Shown: one piece after another, positions 23,861-36,675 of the stretch | Layout: the number at the start of each line of letters is the position of its first letter | How positions within the stretch are numbered: the first letter of the stretch is position 1 | Assembly: GCF_001194135.2 (NCBI RefSeq) | Contig: NC_068997.1 | Location: forward strand, 6,884,272 to 6,948,271 | Reading direction: 5' to 3' | DNA: 64,000 nucleotides | DNA from: Octopus bimaculoides | Taxonomy: Eukaryota | Notes under the pieces: generated by a model | The model's input: the letters and a program-made list of their open reading frames with translations, nothing else | Database searches by the model: none | What the model was told of the DNA's origin: nothing | Position numbers and translations under genes: made by a program

Positions 23861-24547
23861 TTTAGCCACTCAATTTTACCACTTATTTGTATTATTTTTA
23901 TAATCTGCCTGAATACTTAAAATTCCAGTTGGAATGAAATGATAAATACATCAGAATACGACTTGAAGCGTCTGCAGATTGTATCTGGAGGAAATGGCAG
24001 AAATACCTTCAGAGATTTACCTTGATCTGGTCCAACAAAAGGGTTACAAGCTTCTAGAGATTGAGTATTCAAGTTATAGGACAATATCTTTTCACAAATT
24101 AGCACTTGTGATATATATATATGTGTGTGTCCGATATATATATATATACTTGTTATTATTACCATCGTTATGCATAACAGATCTTTGCACTGTGTACAAC
24201 ATTGCTGACGGAGGTGTATGCATTTAGATGTAATATAATATAATAGACCCTCAAAATGAATACTGCTGGTAAAATGGAGCTGATAAGGATGGACTCATCG
24301 CTTAAGGACATACCTATCCCACCTAAAGGCACATATGTTAATTCAACGGGATACACCGTCTGCAAGTAGTTGGGTTCAGCATATTATCCTCCATTTTCTA
24401 ATTGTTACACAAATTTTGGGTAAAACCTCCACTTTTACCCGCTCCCATTGATTGCACCTAGTATAGCACTAGCGTAGCAATAATNNNNNNNNNNATACTA
24501 TCCATATCACGTCCTCACTTTGTTGTTTTTTTGTTATTGTGTTTTTG

Positions 24548-24600
<53 letters not shown>

Positions 24601-24763
24601 TACACATACATACGTGTATTGTTTCAACACACACACTTTTTAGTTAAGTACATGTCTTTTGAAGCAAAGGATTGGCAATGACATCCAAGTTTCGACCTGC
24701 TGATTAAAGCGAGCATGCCGAAACTTCGAATCACTATAAACCTTTTCCTTGTAAATGTTATAT

Positions 24764-24936
24764 ATAGTGGCTGTGTGGTAAGTAGTTTGCTTACCAACCA
24801 CATGGTTCCGGGTACAGTCCAACTGTGTGGCACTTTGGGCAAGTGTCTTCTACTATAGCCTCAAGCCGACCAAAGCCTGAGTGGATTTGGTAGACGGAAA
24901 CTGAAAGAAGCGTGTCGTGTATATATATATATATAT
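24764..24936 (+). mobile_element. tRNA-derived SINE, family B, 5' part (runs into gap)
   Basis: gtggctgtgtggtaagtagtttgcttaccaaccacatggttccgggtacagtcc...ggatttggtagacggaaactgaaagaag, then (TA)n. Confidence 0.8.
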
Positions 24937-26511
24937 NNNNNNNNNNNNNNNNNNNNNNNNNNNNNNNNNNNNNNNNNNNNNNNNNNNNNNNNNNNNNNNN
25001 NNNNNNNNNNNNNNNNNNNNNNNNNNNNNNNNNNNNNNNNNNNNNNNNNNNNNNNNNNNNNNNNNNNNNNNNNNNNNNNNNNNNNNNNNNNNNNNNNNNN
25101 NNNNNNNNNNNNNNNNNNNNNNNNNNNNNNNNNNNNNNNNNNNNNNNNNNNNNNNNNNNNNNNNNNNNNNNNNNNNNNNNNNNNNNNNNNNNNNNNNNNN
25201 NNNNNNNNNNNNNNNNNNNNNNNNNNNNNNNNNNNNNNNNNNNNNNNNNNNNNNNNNNNNNNNNNNNNNNNNNNNNNNNNNNNNNNNNNNNNNNNNNNNN
25301 NNNNNNNNNNNNNNNNNNNNNNNNNNNNNNNNNNNNNNNNNNNNNNNNNNNNNNNNNNNNNNNNNNNNNNNNNNNNNNNNNNNNNNNNNNNNNNNNNNNN
25401 NNNNNNNNNNNNNNNNNNNNNNNNNNNNNNNNNNNNNNNNNNNNNNNNNNNNNNNNNNNNNNNNNNNNNNNNNNNNNNNNNNNNNNNNNNNNNNNNNNNN
25501 NNNNNNNNNNNNNNNNNNNNNNNNNNNNNNNNNNNNNNNNNNNNNNNNNNNNNNNNNNNNNNNNNNNNNNNNNNNNNNNNNNNNNNNNNNNNNNNNNNNN
25601 NNNNNNNNNNNNNNNNNNNNNNNNNNNNNNNNNNNNNNNNNNNNNNNNNNNNNNNNNNNNNNNNNNNNNNNNNNNNNNNNNNNNNNNNNNNNNNNNNNNN
25701 NNNNNNNNNNNNNNNNNNNNNNNNNNNNNNNNNNNNNNNNNNNNNNNNNNNNNNNNNNNNNNNNNNNNNNNNNNNNNNNNNNNNNNNNNNNNNNNNNNNN
25801 NNNNNNNNNNNNNNNNNNNNNNNNNNNNNNNNNNNNNNNNNNNNNNNNNNNNNNNNNNNNNNNNNNNNNNNNNNNNNNNNNNNNNNNNNNNNNNNNNNNN
25901 NNNNNNNNNNNNNNNNNNNNNNNAATAATATATATGTTATATGCTTTTATACATACATATGTGTGCATACCTAGAACAAAAAAAAAACATAGAAAACGAA
26001 TTTTCTTTTCGAACAATGAAAGAAACAAATAGAGAAATGAGACAGGCAACATAAAGAACAATCTCTTCATCAGTTGTCCCCTGTTTTATCTACTCTGCGT
26101 TTCGAACGTTGGGACAAGACGCGACTTCGTTAAAACAGTCGTTCCAGCAAAGCAAATAAAATAAAATTTGGGATTTGTGGAGGGTTAAGTTGGTAACAAA
26201 AACAGGACAGTAAGAACAAAACAGTAAAAACAAACGGTAAGGGCTGTTAAGCCATAACGAGGTGAAGTGATGAACGCTGGAGAAACGAGCTTTGACAGGA
26301 GACAGGCACAAAGCGTGTCTTGTCTCTTGTAAAGCAAGAGGAAAAAGGAAGATAGCCGCTGGTCATGTGTGAGCAACGAGAGAGTCAAAGAGGAAGAGAG
26401 AGAGAGAGAGAACAGTGAAGGGGGAGGAGAAGAAAAACAGAAAGAAGGAAGCATAATAGAGGGAGAATAGAGATAGTTGTACCGTGCGCATCAGAATTAT
26501 TAAGATAAAAC

Positions 26512-27390
26512 TTACTTGGAAATGGATGCGTGGCGTTCGATCATATAATGATATAAATTACTTCCCACTCTTAAGCAGCCAACATACAGTTGTCTATGCG
26601 AGAAGCATGGCTCTTCCAAGAGAAGACCAGCCACAGAGAGGGTTTGACCCTGAGATTTGTTAATGGACATGGCAAAAGTGACACGAAGGGGGAATTGCAG
26701 TCTTCTGAACGTAAATGGGATTTCTGCTCCTGGTGGAGTAAGAGGAATTCTTGGAATGAAGACGTCATCATTTTTTCCACATCCAGAAAGAAGGATAGAC
26801 TCGATAACCTTTGACATCATTTTCTTTATCACCAGTCGTGTTCCATTGCAAAGTCTTGGTGGTTCCAGATTGCGGAGTAGCATTACAGGAGTTCCAACTT
26901 TAAGTGCTAATATGTGGGGACGTAGTCCAGGAGGCTCCAACGAATTGAGAAATTCAGGAGGATAGTTCACCACTTCATTTTTATCTGGAATTGTATCAAC
27001 AGACTTGTAAGGGTGAAGAGCGCCGGGAAGAGAATGCATTAGCTGTTGATTTATTTTTTTAACAGCGACATTTTTTGGAGCTAATATTGCTCTTTCACAC
27101 AGCCAATTGTGATTTTGGTAGTTTTTCTGTGAATTTGGGAAAGACTTTGTGTTTGAACTCATCCACAGAATTAACAACAGAGGAAAATGGCCATACCTCC
27201 ATTTCTCCTGCAGTGTCGTGAGGTACTTTGCCATCACCAAGTGTCAAAATGTCCGGTGCAAACTTTGCGGACATTTGGTCGCCAGGTAGCTGAGCTCTCA
27301 TGATAGTGGTAAGACTGAGGATCGTAACATGATGCCACAGGGCAGAGGACTTTAGGCATGCTTGGACCTCATCTGCTCTAATGCTTTTAA
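26512..27390 (-). mobile_element. Decayed Helitron RepHel C-terminal PIF1-like helicase fragment
   Basis: ADEVQACLKSSALW..SLTTIMRAQL..LGDG (frameshift near 27140), then ERAILAPKN..YPPEFLNSLEPPGL..LKVGTPVMLLRNL..LCNGTRL..FIPRIPL..RRLQFPLRVTFAMSINKSQGQTL..FSHRQLYVGCLRV. These are hallmark Helitron helicase motifs, with substitutions in HGQLYVA-SRV. Confidence 0.9.
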
Positions 27391-29524
27391 TTCCTTATTT
27401 AAGCCTGGTAATCTTCTACTTCGGGCTGACACTGAAAATTTGGGCCGACACTGAATATTTAGCCAAGCCAAGCCACCCGCTCTGAATCGTGCGGCTGACA
27501 CGTAACGGAGCCTGATAGTGGCAGCAGGGGAAGAACAACGAGGCTGTACGGGCGCAGAGGACGAACATAAGCATCCTCGCTATTCTTTCCTTCCTGNNNN
27601 NNNNNNNNNNNNNNNNNNNNNNNNNNNNNNNNNNNNNNNNNNNNNNNNNNNNNNNNNNNNNNNNNNNNNNNNNNNNNNNNNNNNNNNNNNNNNNNNNNNN
27701 NNNNNNNNNNNNNNNNNNNNNNNNNNNNNNNNNNNNNNNNNNNNNNNNNNNNNNNNNNNNNNNNNNNNNNNNNNNNNNNNNNNNNNNNNNNNNNNNNNNN
27801 NNNNNNNNNNNNNNNNNNNNNNNNNNNNNNNNNNNNNNNNNNNNNNNNNNNNNNNNNNNNNNNNNNNNNNNNNNNNNNNNNNNNNNNNNNNNNNNNNNNN
27901 NNNNNNNNNNNNNNNNNNNNNNNNNNNNNNNNNNNNNNNNNNNNNNNNNNNNNNNNNNNNNNNNNNNNNNNNNNNNNNNNNNNNNNNNNNNNNNNNNNNN
28001 NNNNNNNNNNNNNNNNNNNNNNNNNNNNNNNNNNNNNNNNNNNNNNNNNNNNNNNNNNNNNNNNNNNNNNNNNNNNNNNNNNNNNNNNNNNNNNNNNNNN
28101 NNNNNNNNNNNNNNNNNNNNNNNNNNNNNNNNNNNNNNNNNNNNNNNNNNNNNNNNNNNNNNNNNNNNNNNNNNNNNNNNNNNNNNNNNNNNNNNNNNNN
28201 NNNNNNNNNNNNNNNNNNNNNNNNNNNNNNNNNNNNNNNNNNNNNNNNNNNNNNNNNNNNNNNNNNNNNNNNNNNNNNNNNNNNNNNNNNNNNNNNNNNN
28301 NNNNNNNNNNNNNNNNNNNNNNNNNNNNNNNNNNNNNNNNNNNNNNNNNNNNNNNNNNNNNNNNNNNNNNNNNNNNNNNNNNNNNNNNNNNNNNNNNNNN
28401 NNNNNNNNNNNNNNNNNNNNNNNNNNNNNNNNNNNNNNNNNNNNNNNNNNNNNNNNNNNNNNNNNNNNNNNNNNNNNNNNNNNNNNNNNNNNNNNNNNNN
28501 NNNNNNCGGCTTCGCGGCCGGCTGGCGTCGGGACCTACGCGCTTCTCTCGATCGGGCTCGTCGCTCCACGGAAGCGCAGACACGGCTAATTGACGGAGAT
28601 GAGCTAACGCACCTCGCCCTCAGCAAGCACGTTTCCGCGACCGCCCGCGCACTGCCGCGTTGCCTCCCTCGTAAGACAGCAGCGCGCGGCGGTCGCGGGA
28701 CCGCCCGAAAATCCTCCCCTGCCGCCGTTCAGCGACGAGCATCGGCAACCTGCCCGAACCCCCGTTCGCGAGCGCGCACTTTTTTCATATTTGTTTACAG
28801 CAAGTTGTTTTACACCTATTACACTATTTTTTCTTTTGCTCGGGTCAAACCCTTTAGTTTGACCGCGACTGCGTCCAGGTTCCTTTATGGTTATATGATT
28901 TGTCTTTAGTATTGTAGATTTGGTTTAGAATTAATTATAAACGTGAATTTCCGTGCATCTAAAAACAAAGCTCACTGGACTCTACGTTTAATTTATCTAA
29001 CCCAAATCAGTTTCCTCTCTATAAAAAGTACATTTTTATCGCCTGTACTAAGAGTTTTCTACGTAGATTTAAGTGTTCTGAGGTGTGTATTTACATCCTG
29101 TAACTCCTGAAAAAATAAATAGATATCCACGTGTTCTAAGAAAGGGTCAGTGAATAAGTTTCTAAAATAAAAAATATTGGAGGAATAAAAATAAAATTAA
29201 CTGAGACGATAAATGTAAGTTTATTACTGAAATTTATTTTTTGTCAGATTATTTAATTGGAAGTAGATAACTGGTTCTTAGTGAAGCGAAATAAAGTCAA
29301 GCAGGAAATTTTACTATTTTGTCAGGGAAAATATGTCACATTCCACAAAAATAAGTAATTAATATTCTGTCTCTAATTACGATCAAGAATATGACGCACC
29401 AGAATAAGGATGGAGGTGATCATATCTCGCGCGCCTGCGAGTAATTACTTTGATTGGAATTTACAGCCACTCCTACTGTATGTGTGTGTTCGTGCATGCA
29501 TATGTGTGTATGCTGTGAGTAGAG

Positions 29525-29670
29525 GTGGATCTCCGTCTTTCAACTATGGGGGTTCTCTTGTTCGATTCCCTGAATTATCTGCCCCTAAATTGACATATAA
29601 CTGACCGAGTGTGTCAGGGACACGTCTACCCTTAACGTAATTCTCCAGCAAAATCAGCGGGATACGAGGT
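29525..29670 (-). mobile_element. Family C SINE fragment
   Basis: gacacgtctacccttaacgtaattctccagcaaaatcagcg resembles 13005-13050. Confidence 0.55.
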
Positions 29671-29919
29671 GTGGCAACTCTGTACATTTTTTTAATTACG
29701 GGTACAATTTCCTTCTAACAAGTGTGAAAGTGACATTTGCCCAAAGTGCTATATAGAGGAATCGATCCCAGGACCTTGTGATTGGGAAGCTTACTTTTTA
29801 ATCATCCGGCCATGTCTGTCTGTTTGTATTTACGAATTTATGCAAGCATGCATTTATGTATATATGTAGATAGGTAGGTATGCATGCATGTAAAACGTGT
29901 GTGCGTGCTTATGTATATA

Positions 29920-29955
29920 TCAGGTCACCCCATAGGTTCTGTCCAAATTTTGAAT
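29920..29955. mobile_element. Solo Tc1/mariner-like terminus (TA + TCAGGTCACCCCATAGGTTCTGTCC)
   Basis: Resembles mariner-type TIR ends after a TA; no partner end was found. Confidence 0.35.
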
Positions 29956-30169
29956 AAAGAAAACAAGTGATCAAATGTTATATTTAATTGAAATTTATTC
30001 ATCAATGTACTTTCCTTGATTATCTAATAGAGAGTGTGAGACTGGTACATCCTCAAATTTTATTTCCTTTTATTTTACAGTGTTATACAACAGATTTATA
30101 TGGTTATGACGACCTACACGTGTTTCCACAGCAGAGAATATGGACAGTTGCACATGCATAATTTTCTAA

Positions 30170-30330
30170 GCAGCTTCGTTTGGAGTCTTTCAACCAGCTT
30201 GTCTCGAAGTGAACTCGGTAAGGTGCAGGTAGATGGTAATTTAGTTTCAGGAACTAATGACACAAGTCACCTTACGACTCTTCAGAAAGTATTGCCTGTA
30301 TTAGATAAGACAGAATTTAAATTTTAAAAA
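30170..30330 (+). mobile_element. Possible highly decayed Ty3/Gypsy reverse transcriptase fragment
   Basis: DGNLVSGTNDTSHLTTLQKVLPVL resembles the Gypsy pattern DDILVSGxxxxEHLxNLxKVLxRL, preceded by a frameshifted L(P)FGV. Confidence 0.3.
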
Positions 30331-30960
30331 GTATTAAATGTCGGTTCCTTCTTCCAGGAATGATCGACCTCGGCTTTAGAATCAGTAAGGAAGACGAGGA
30401 TCACTTCCAGTGGATATTGTTGCAATGCAAGAGGCCCCGAACTCCAAAAAACGTTACTGAGTTGAAAGCTTACTTTGACCGAATTAGTCGACAGTCATTG
30501 AGTCACTAAACCGTTTGTTTAAAAAGAAAAGGCATGAATATGGTAGGTAGACTAAGAAAGTGATTTCCAAGTTACCAATCGAATAGGAACAGTAATGGCA
30601 TATAAATAGATAATTCTAGTGAAAAACCTGTCTTTCATTTCTGTTGACAAAGAAAATTGGTTCAAAAAGTAACTAAGTAAAATTCATTGATGTCAGAGCT
30701 TCTCAGCAGAGGAGGAATGAGATCTTTTACTAGTGGACTCGTGTAAAATGTGATGGTATGGACACATTCTTGATAAAATAGGAACTTTGACTGATTAGTC
30801 TGAAAGCTGATCACATTAACGGTTGATGCCAGTGTATCTCTGTAGACAATCCATCATTGAGTTGGTTGAGAGGTGATGACAGAGGCAAATTTGTTGATGT
30901 CAGCTCATCTGGTGTGAAGTAATTGTTGTCAGAAGCAAACTGTTTATTAGTGGATCAACA

Positions 30961-31045
30961 TTTGAGTCCCTGGGGACCACAAACATAACAACATGTGGTA
31001 TTTGAGTCACTGATGGACCACAAATAGAGTAACATGTAGTATTTG
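30961..31045. repeat. Diverged ~40-bp tandem repeat, 2 copies
   Basis: tttgagtccctggggaccacaaacataacaacatgtggta / tttgagtcactgatggaccacaaatagagtaacatgtagta. Confidence 0.7.
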
Positions 31046-33226
31046 CTACAAGCTTAATTCATGGAAATCTTTGCATTTCATTATATGATTTAGTATGAAT
31101 GTTGAATAATATAGACATCAATTGTTAAATGTAGCATTTGAAGATCCATAATTTGATTTTAAGACTAAAGATTTGTGTGTGTGTGTGATTTACTGTGTTT
31201 GTAATTAAAAAATCTCTATATGGTCGCTCAACATACTAGAAATAGTAACTAAATTTCCATCAAATCTCACCTTATACTAAATAGGCAATGTCTTTATTAC
31301 GCGGATGATATAGTCATGATTGGAATACTTTTGATGGTAGGTCTGCTTGACTGGGATTGACCTGGGGCTAAACAACAACTATTAAGTAGAGTTCTGAGAT
31401 GGACTTAGGCAACGAAAGTTTTCATTGTTTCACTGGGAATTATGATATAAAAATGTGTGAACCAAATATATATTATTCATTGGAATATAGAAACTTAAAC
31501 TCTTAGTCAATTGAATTAAGAAACTAAGCGCTAAGAACTTTGGTAAAAAGCTAAAAACCAGTTCTATGGTTCCTCATATAGGTACCCTAAGAACTTGAAT
31601 AAAATATCTTATAGTTGCATGGTAGTCAAGGTTTGTTATGTCTAATTTCATTTTCAAATAAATGGGGTTATAAACTTGTACAGTTTAATTCCACCATTTT
31701 GGATGTCTCCAGAAGAGTTCACTCTGTTACAAGCATTCAGCTCAAGTCTCTGGTTTGAGGATATTTTCCCTCTCATCAGAGTCAGAGACTCCTTAAAGGA
31801 GTTTTTAAAAAATGCGTAATTTGTGCTCACAGGATTTTACAAAAGCACTAATCTCGTAAGGTCAACAAAAGAGTGGAAAATATTAGCTTAAAGCATGGAA
31901 TTTGAATGTCAATGTTGTATTGAAGAATAAAGCAGGGTTAGACTAGAAATGCAGTTAACCTTGTTTCACTGTGGATGGACCATTAATGAAAAGCTAGGAA
32001 GTAAAATAGTCAGTAAAGAATAAAACTGAGTTATTACAATTGCTTTAATTATTTTGAAATTAAGGAAATTATAAATTAATGGCTAAAAAATAGAATCACC
32101 TATCCTGTTAGTAACAACTGACAGATGAATTATTTTGCAAAAAAGATAAATAGTAGAGTTAAAATAACAGGAACAATTCATGCTACCATAATTTTAGAAT
32201 TAGCAGCCACTGTGTCATCTAGAAGCACTGCAAGCAATCAATACACGGTTCAAATCTTCCATCAGTATGCCTGTTGTTCTTTTCTATCTTAAATTTGAAA
32301 TTATGTTAGAGAAACTAAGAATTGCTTTAACTCTTTGTGTACCAGCTCAACTACAAACCTCTTTTGGTCTTCTGATCAAAAGAGTCTATGGTTTTAAAAT
32401 GCCTATGGTTTTAAAACGTTCACTTTTAAATTAAAATCTCATCATAATTTCAGGCAAGAACATCTTTTTTAATCCAAAGACTATTTTTAAAAATTAATGA
32501 TTTTTTTCAATAATTCTTGGCAAATTCTCGGTTATTTTCAAAATGTATTGAAACATATGGACTGAATTTCATTAAAAATATAGTCAGAAAAGAGATAATA
32601 TACTAAAGGAATTAAATTTCTACAAGCCATGCAGTTGTATGAAATTATGATATAACAGTAGATAAAGTTAAGACTATTGTCCAACAAGTCTTAGAATATC
32701 AATTTGAAACATAAAACAATTGAAACGCTCTTGTTAATAAAGTTAAATGTTTACAAAAGATTAAGTTAGGTACACTAACTGGTTTAATACAGCGTCAAAT
32801 AAAATTAGATGATATTTATTAATAAAATACACAATGCAAATTAAAATGACCTAAACATAATGTAGATAATGTAAATAAGAAAGATATATCTACAGCTTTT
32901 TATTTGAAAGCCTTTGACTGTGAAGATTGCTGATAATGTGAAAACATTCTGATGTTTATCAAGTAAACAAATAACTGAGAATGTAGAGTGCAAGAAAGAA
33001 GCCTCCACATGTGATGCATGAAAATAAGGATAGTTATATAAAGAAGTGTTGGTCACTTAATGAGGATGGAGCTTGGAGCAGAGATCCAGGAAAATATGAG
33101 ATGGAGATGGTCTCAGGATCTTCAACCTTATAGTGGAGATGACAAAGGATCAGAACAACTGGCAAGATGTGGTACTTAAGAAGACCCATCCATCTCAGTG
33201 AAATTGAGACTCTGAAAGCACAATGT

Positions 33227-33257
<31 letters not shown>

Positions 33258-33589
33258 AGACTTCCCTCTGACTCCTATGTNNNNNNNNNNNNNNNNNNNN
33301 NNNNNNNNNNNNNNNNNNNNNNNNNNNNNNNNNNNNNNNNNNNNNNNNNNNNNNNNNNNNNNNNNNNNNNNNNNNNNNNNNNNNNNNNNNNNNNNNNNNN
33401 NNNNNNNNNNNNNNNNNNNNNNNNNNNNNNNNNNNNNNNNNNNNNNNNNNNTACACACACACACACACACACACACACACAAGACTTCCCTCTGACTCCT
33501 ATGTATATACGCTTGCTTTGCTCTGCATTTGTCAACAATCCAAATAAAATTACTATTCTCCATTAACAAGCATGCCTTCTGACGTTTAT

Positions 33590-33765
33590 TTCTACATACA
33601 CTTCATTCCATGTTATATTTATTTCTTTATTGCCCACAGGGTGACTAAACACATAGGGGACAAACAAGGACAGACAAAGGGATTAAATCGATTACATCGA
33701 CCCCATTGCGTAACTGGTACTTATTTAATTGACCCCCGAAAGGATGAAAGACAAAGTCGACCTCT
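33590..33765 (-). mobile_element. tRNA-derived SINE, family E, 3' part
   Basis: Reverse complement: gtcgactttgtctttcatcctttcgggggtcaattaaataagtaccagttacgcaatggggtcgatgtaatcg, matching the 58826-60494 copies. Confidence 0.7.
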
Positions 33766-33971
33766 AGTCTTTTTAATCATTCCTTTTCCCAAGACGCTCA
33801 CAAGGCAGTGACGGTTTGGGCTTCCATAACATGCTAATTAACCCATAATTGGGATCCTGACAGGTGCTGCTGTTCTGGGTCAGATAGACCTGGGGACAAT
33901 AGTGGCAAAGAGGTGGTTCCATGCTTTTCTCAGAACCCTGGAATTCTTAAACCAGAGCCCCATTACCAGAT

Positions 33972-34115
33972 CCACTTTGAAGTCATACCTTGGATGTGTG
34001 TGTGTATGTATGTATGTATGTATGTATGTATGTATGCATGTGTGTGTGTATGTGTGTATGCATGTATGTATGTGTGTGTGTATGTATGCATGCATGTATG
34101 TATGTGTGTATGTAT
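33972..34115. repeat. (GT)n/(GTAT)n compound microsatellite
   Basis: Direct reading. Confidence 0.95.
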
Positions 34116-34794
34116 GTTGTATATTAAACAAAATCTCTAAAATAACATCAATGAGGACAATGTCAGTTTTGTGGGGGTTTTTTCATGTTATACTATAATT
34201 ACGAGGAAGTTATTAAATAGTTAAAAATATATGAACTTCTTTTTGAGTTATATGCATCATAACCAAATTTCGGTGAAAATAAAGATAAAGAAAAAGAGAA
34301 ATGCATTATTAAAATTTGGAGAAAATAAATTTAGGTGCAAGAACCAAGGGAAATTACTCGTGTAAAACAAATGAACATCTACAAGTCGAATAGCATTATC
34401 TCCCTTAGTATTTGAAGCTATAATCTTGTCCCTGGATATTTTATGAGCCAAATCGCTTTTGCTCCGTTGTTAACATGAAAACTAGTGCGATGCGTTACAT
34501 GATCGGTTCGTTGGTGATTAAATCGACATCCTGACCAGGCTAGCTTGGTGAGGATGGCTGCTAGAAATCTGTCAAGCGACAAACAGAAACTTGATGAAAG
34601 GCTGGATGAAGCCAGCAGAGCAGAATCAGCGACTGTTTTAGCAACACTGTAAGGAGACATATACATACCCGAATACCCGAAACAGTTAACGAACGTGCTA
34701 TAAGACCATTTGGGGGAGATAATCCCTGTCAGAATATCTAAGAGATGAGTAAGTGGAGTTTAAATGTTTTCAGAGGGAAATGTGTGATTTAAGG

Positions 34795-35065
34795 CAGTGC
34801 TTTTCAAACTATCTGACGTGGCGTACCGGCAGTTCCCCCCCCCCCNNNNNNNNNNCCCCAATGTGCCAGGGACCTATATTTCTTAGTAATTTATACCCGA
34901 AACAATATATATAATGAATATAATAAAAGTTGACAATTTTTTTTATCTTCTATTTATTTTGTAAGCAAATAATACAATATTACATAAGTATTTTATAATC
35001 TTTCTTTCTTTTCTGGAAACTGGCCGCGAACCGGCAGCTGATTGCCACCCCTTTGAGTAGCACTG
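34795..35065. mobile_element. hAT-superfamily MITE with 14-bp TIRs and perfect 8-bp TSD
   Basis: Left CAGTGCTTTTCAAA and right TTTGAGTAGCACTG (12/14 match as an inverted repeat), flanked on both sides by ATTTAAGG. Confidence 0.9.
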
Positions 35066-36073
35066 ATTTAAGGGAGATTTGGCTGTCGTTTCTAGCACAT
35101 CCCAAGACAACCCTCCTCGTTTCTTTTTCACTCTCGCATGTATTGACGTTTTTCAATATTTTTCTCCCCATAAACACATTTATGTTACAAAAAATTATTT
35201 GAAAATTTATGATTTTTCTTCAACCCTACTCCACGCCCCTGATTGTTTCTGTTTATAATTTAAAATACTGGAAAGCCTGATGTCATTTTTGACATTCATC
35301 CACACTAAAAAAATGGGTATGTAAAAGATAATTAATTTTAGATACTTTTCTGTTAGAAAAAAAATTTTTTTTTTCTCACACACACGGCTTCGCTTAATTA
35401 AGGTGATGGTANNNNNNNNNNNNNNNNNNNNNNNNNNNNNNNNNNNNNNNNNNNNNNNNNNNNNNNNNNNNNNNNNNNNNNNNNNNNNNNNNNNNNNNNN
35501 NNNNNNNNNNNNNNNNNNNNNNNNNNNNNNNNNNNNNNNNNNNNNNNNNNNNNNNNNNNNNNNNNNNNNNNNNNNNNNNNNNNNNNNNNNNNNNNNNNNN
35601 NNNNNNNNNNNNNNNNNNNNNNNNNNNNNNNNNNNNNNNNNNNNNNNNNNNNNNNNNNNNNNNNNNNNNNNNNNNNNNNNNNNNNNNNNNNNNNNNNNNN
35701 NNNNNNNNNNNNNNNNNNNNNNNNNNNNNNNNNNNNNNNNNNNNNNNNNNNNNNNNNNNNNNNNNNNNNNNNNNNNNNNNNNNNNNNNNNNNNNNNNNNN
35801 NNNNNNNNNNNNNNNNNNNNNNNNNNNNNNNNNNNNNNNNNNNNNNNNNNNNNNNNNNNNNNNNNNNNNNNNNNNNNNNNNNNNNNNNNNNNNNNNNNNN
35901 NNNNNNNNNNNNNNNNNNNNNNNNNNNNNNNNNNNNNNNNNNNNNNNNNNNNNNNNNNNNNNNNNNNNNNNNNNNNNNNNNNNNNNNNNNNNNNNNNNNN
36001 NNNNNNNNNNNNNNNNNNNNNNNNNNNNNNNNNNNNNNNNNNNNNNNNNNNNNNNNNNNNNNNNNNNNNNNNN

Positions 36074-36116
<43 letters not shown>

Positions 36117-36130
36117 TAATAATAATTAAT
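36074..36130. repeat. (TAA)n microsatellite
   Basis: Direct reading. Confidence 0.95.
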
Positions 36131-36675
36131 AACAGAGGTTAAGAAACCAGAATTTTTGCGTAGTCAGTTTTCTATTCTTTCTTTTTATCTTTGGGTTTTC
36201 ATTCTAATCCCAGTTTGTAAAAATATCTGGTTCACCGAGTTCCAAAAAAAAAAAAAAATATATATCAACTAAATTGATAATAAACAACATAAAAGGAAAT
36301 CTGGGGTTTATTGAAAAAAGACCTTAAATTTCAACGTGAATCGTGAAGGAAACATATACTCATGTTGAAAAGAAAAATGAAAAAAAAAAAAGAAAGAAAT
36401 GGCAGAATATATTTATTCTGTTTTCTTGGCTGTGATTTAGTGTCTTACGTGATACGAGACTACAATAGTACACTTGGGAACATGTGAGACTAGAAAAACT
36501 TCTCGTCTGACCGGAGAAATGAAATTCAGCTGAACACACAAACGCCGCCCCATTTTACCCGAATAAAATAAGTTATTTGCTATGTTTACATACGGCTTTC
36601 CACTCTCAGGGAGATAAGTCGTTTAGCCTTTCGTGAGGGGATTTCTAATGAAATATAGAATGAGTATATTACAAT

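Noticed and set aside
24764-24840. tRNA-like A/B boxes (also 3650-3720, 37000-37070, 40300-40330)
   Set aside because: They are SINE heads without a complete cloverleaf and are not tRNA genes.
26060-26140. Minus-strand GAAAC..GTA..CTGATGA resembling a permuted (type II) hammerhead
   Set aside because: Stem I cannot be paired and stem II is weak in this copy; it would need a family consensus to reconsider.
28507-28780. GC-rich block as an rRNA gene
   Set aside because: No conserved 18S, 5.8S or 28S core motif was recognised; it is kept only as an unexplained finding.
33231-33503. Identical (CA)n-AAGACTTCCCTCTGACTCCTATGT on both sides of a gap
   Set aside because: Most likely an unmerged contig overlap at a microsatellite rather than a real tandem duplication.
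34500-34660. Short protein-like frame MAARNLSSDKQKLDERLDEASRAESATVLATL
   Set aside because: No recognisable homology or splice context; probably a transposon remnant.
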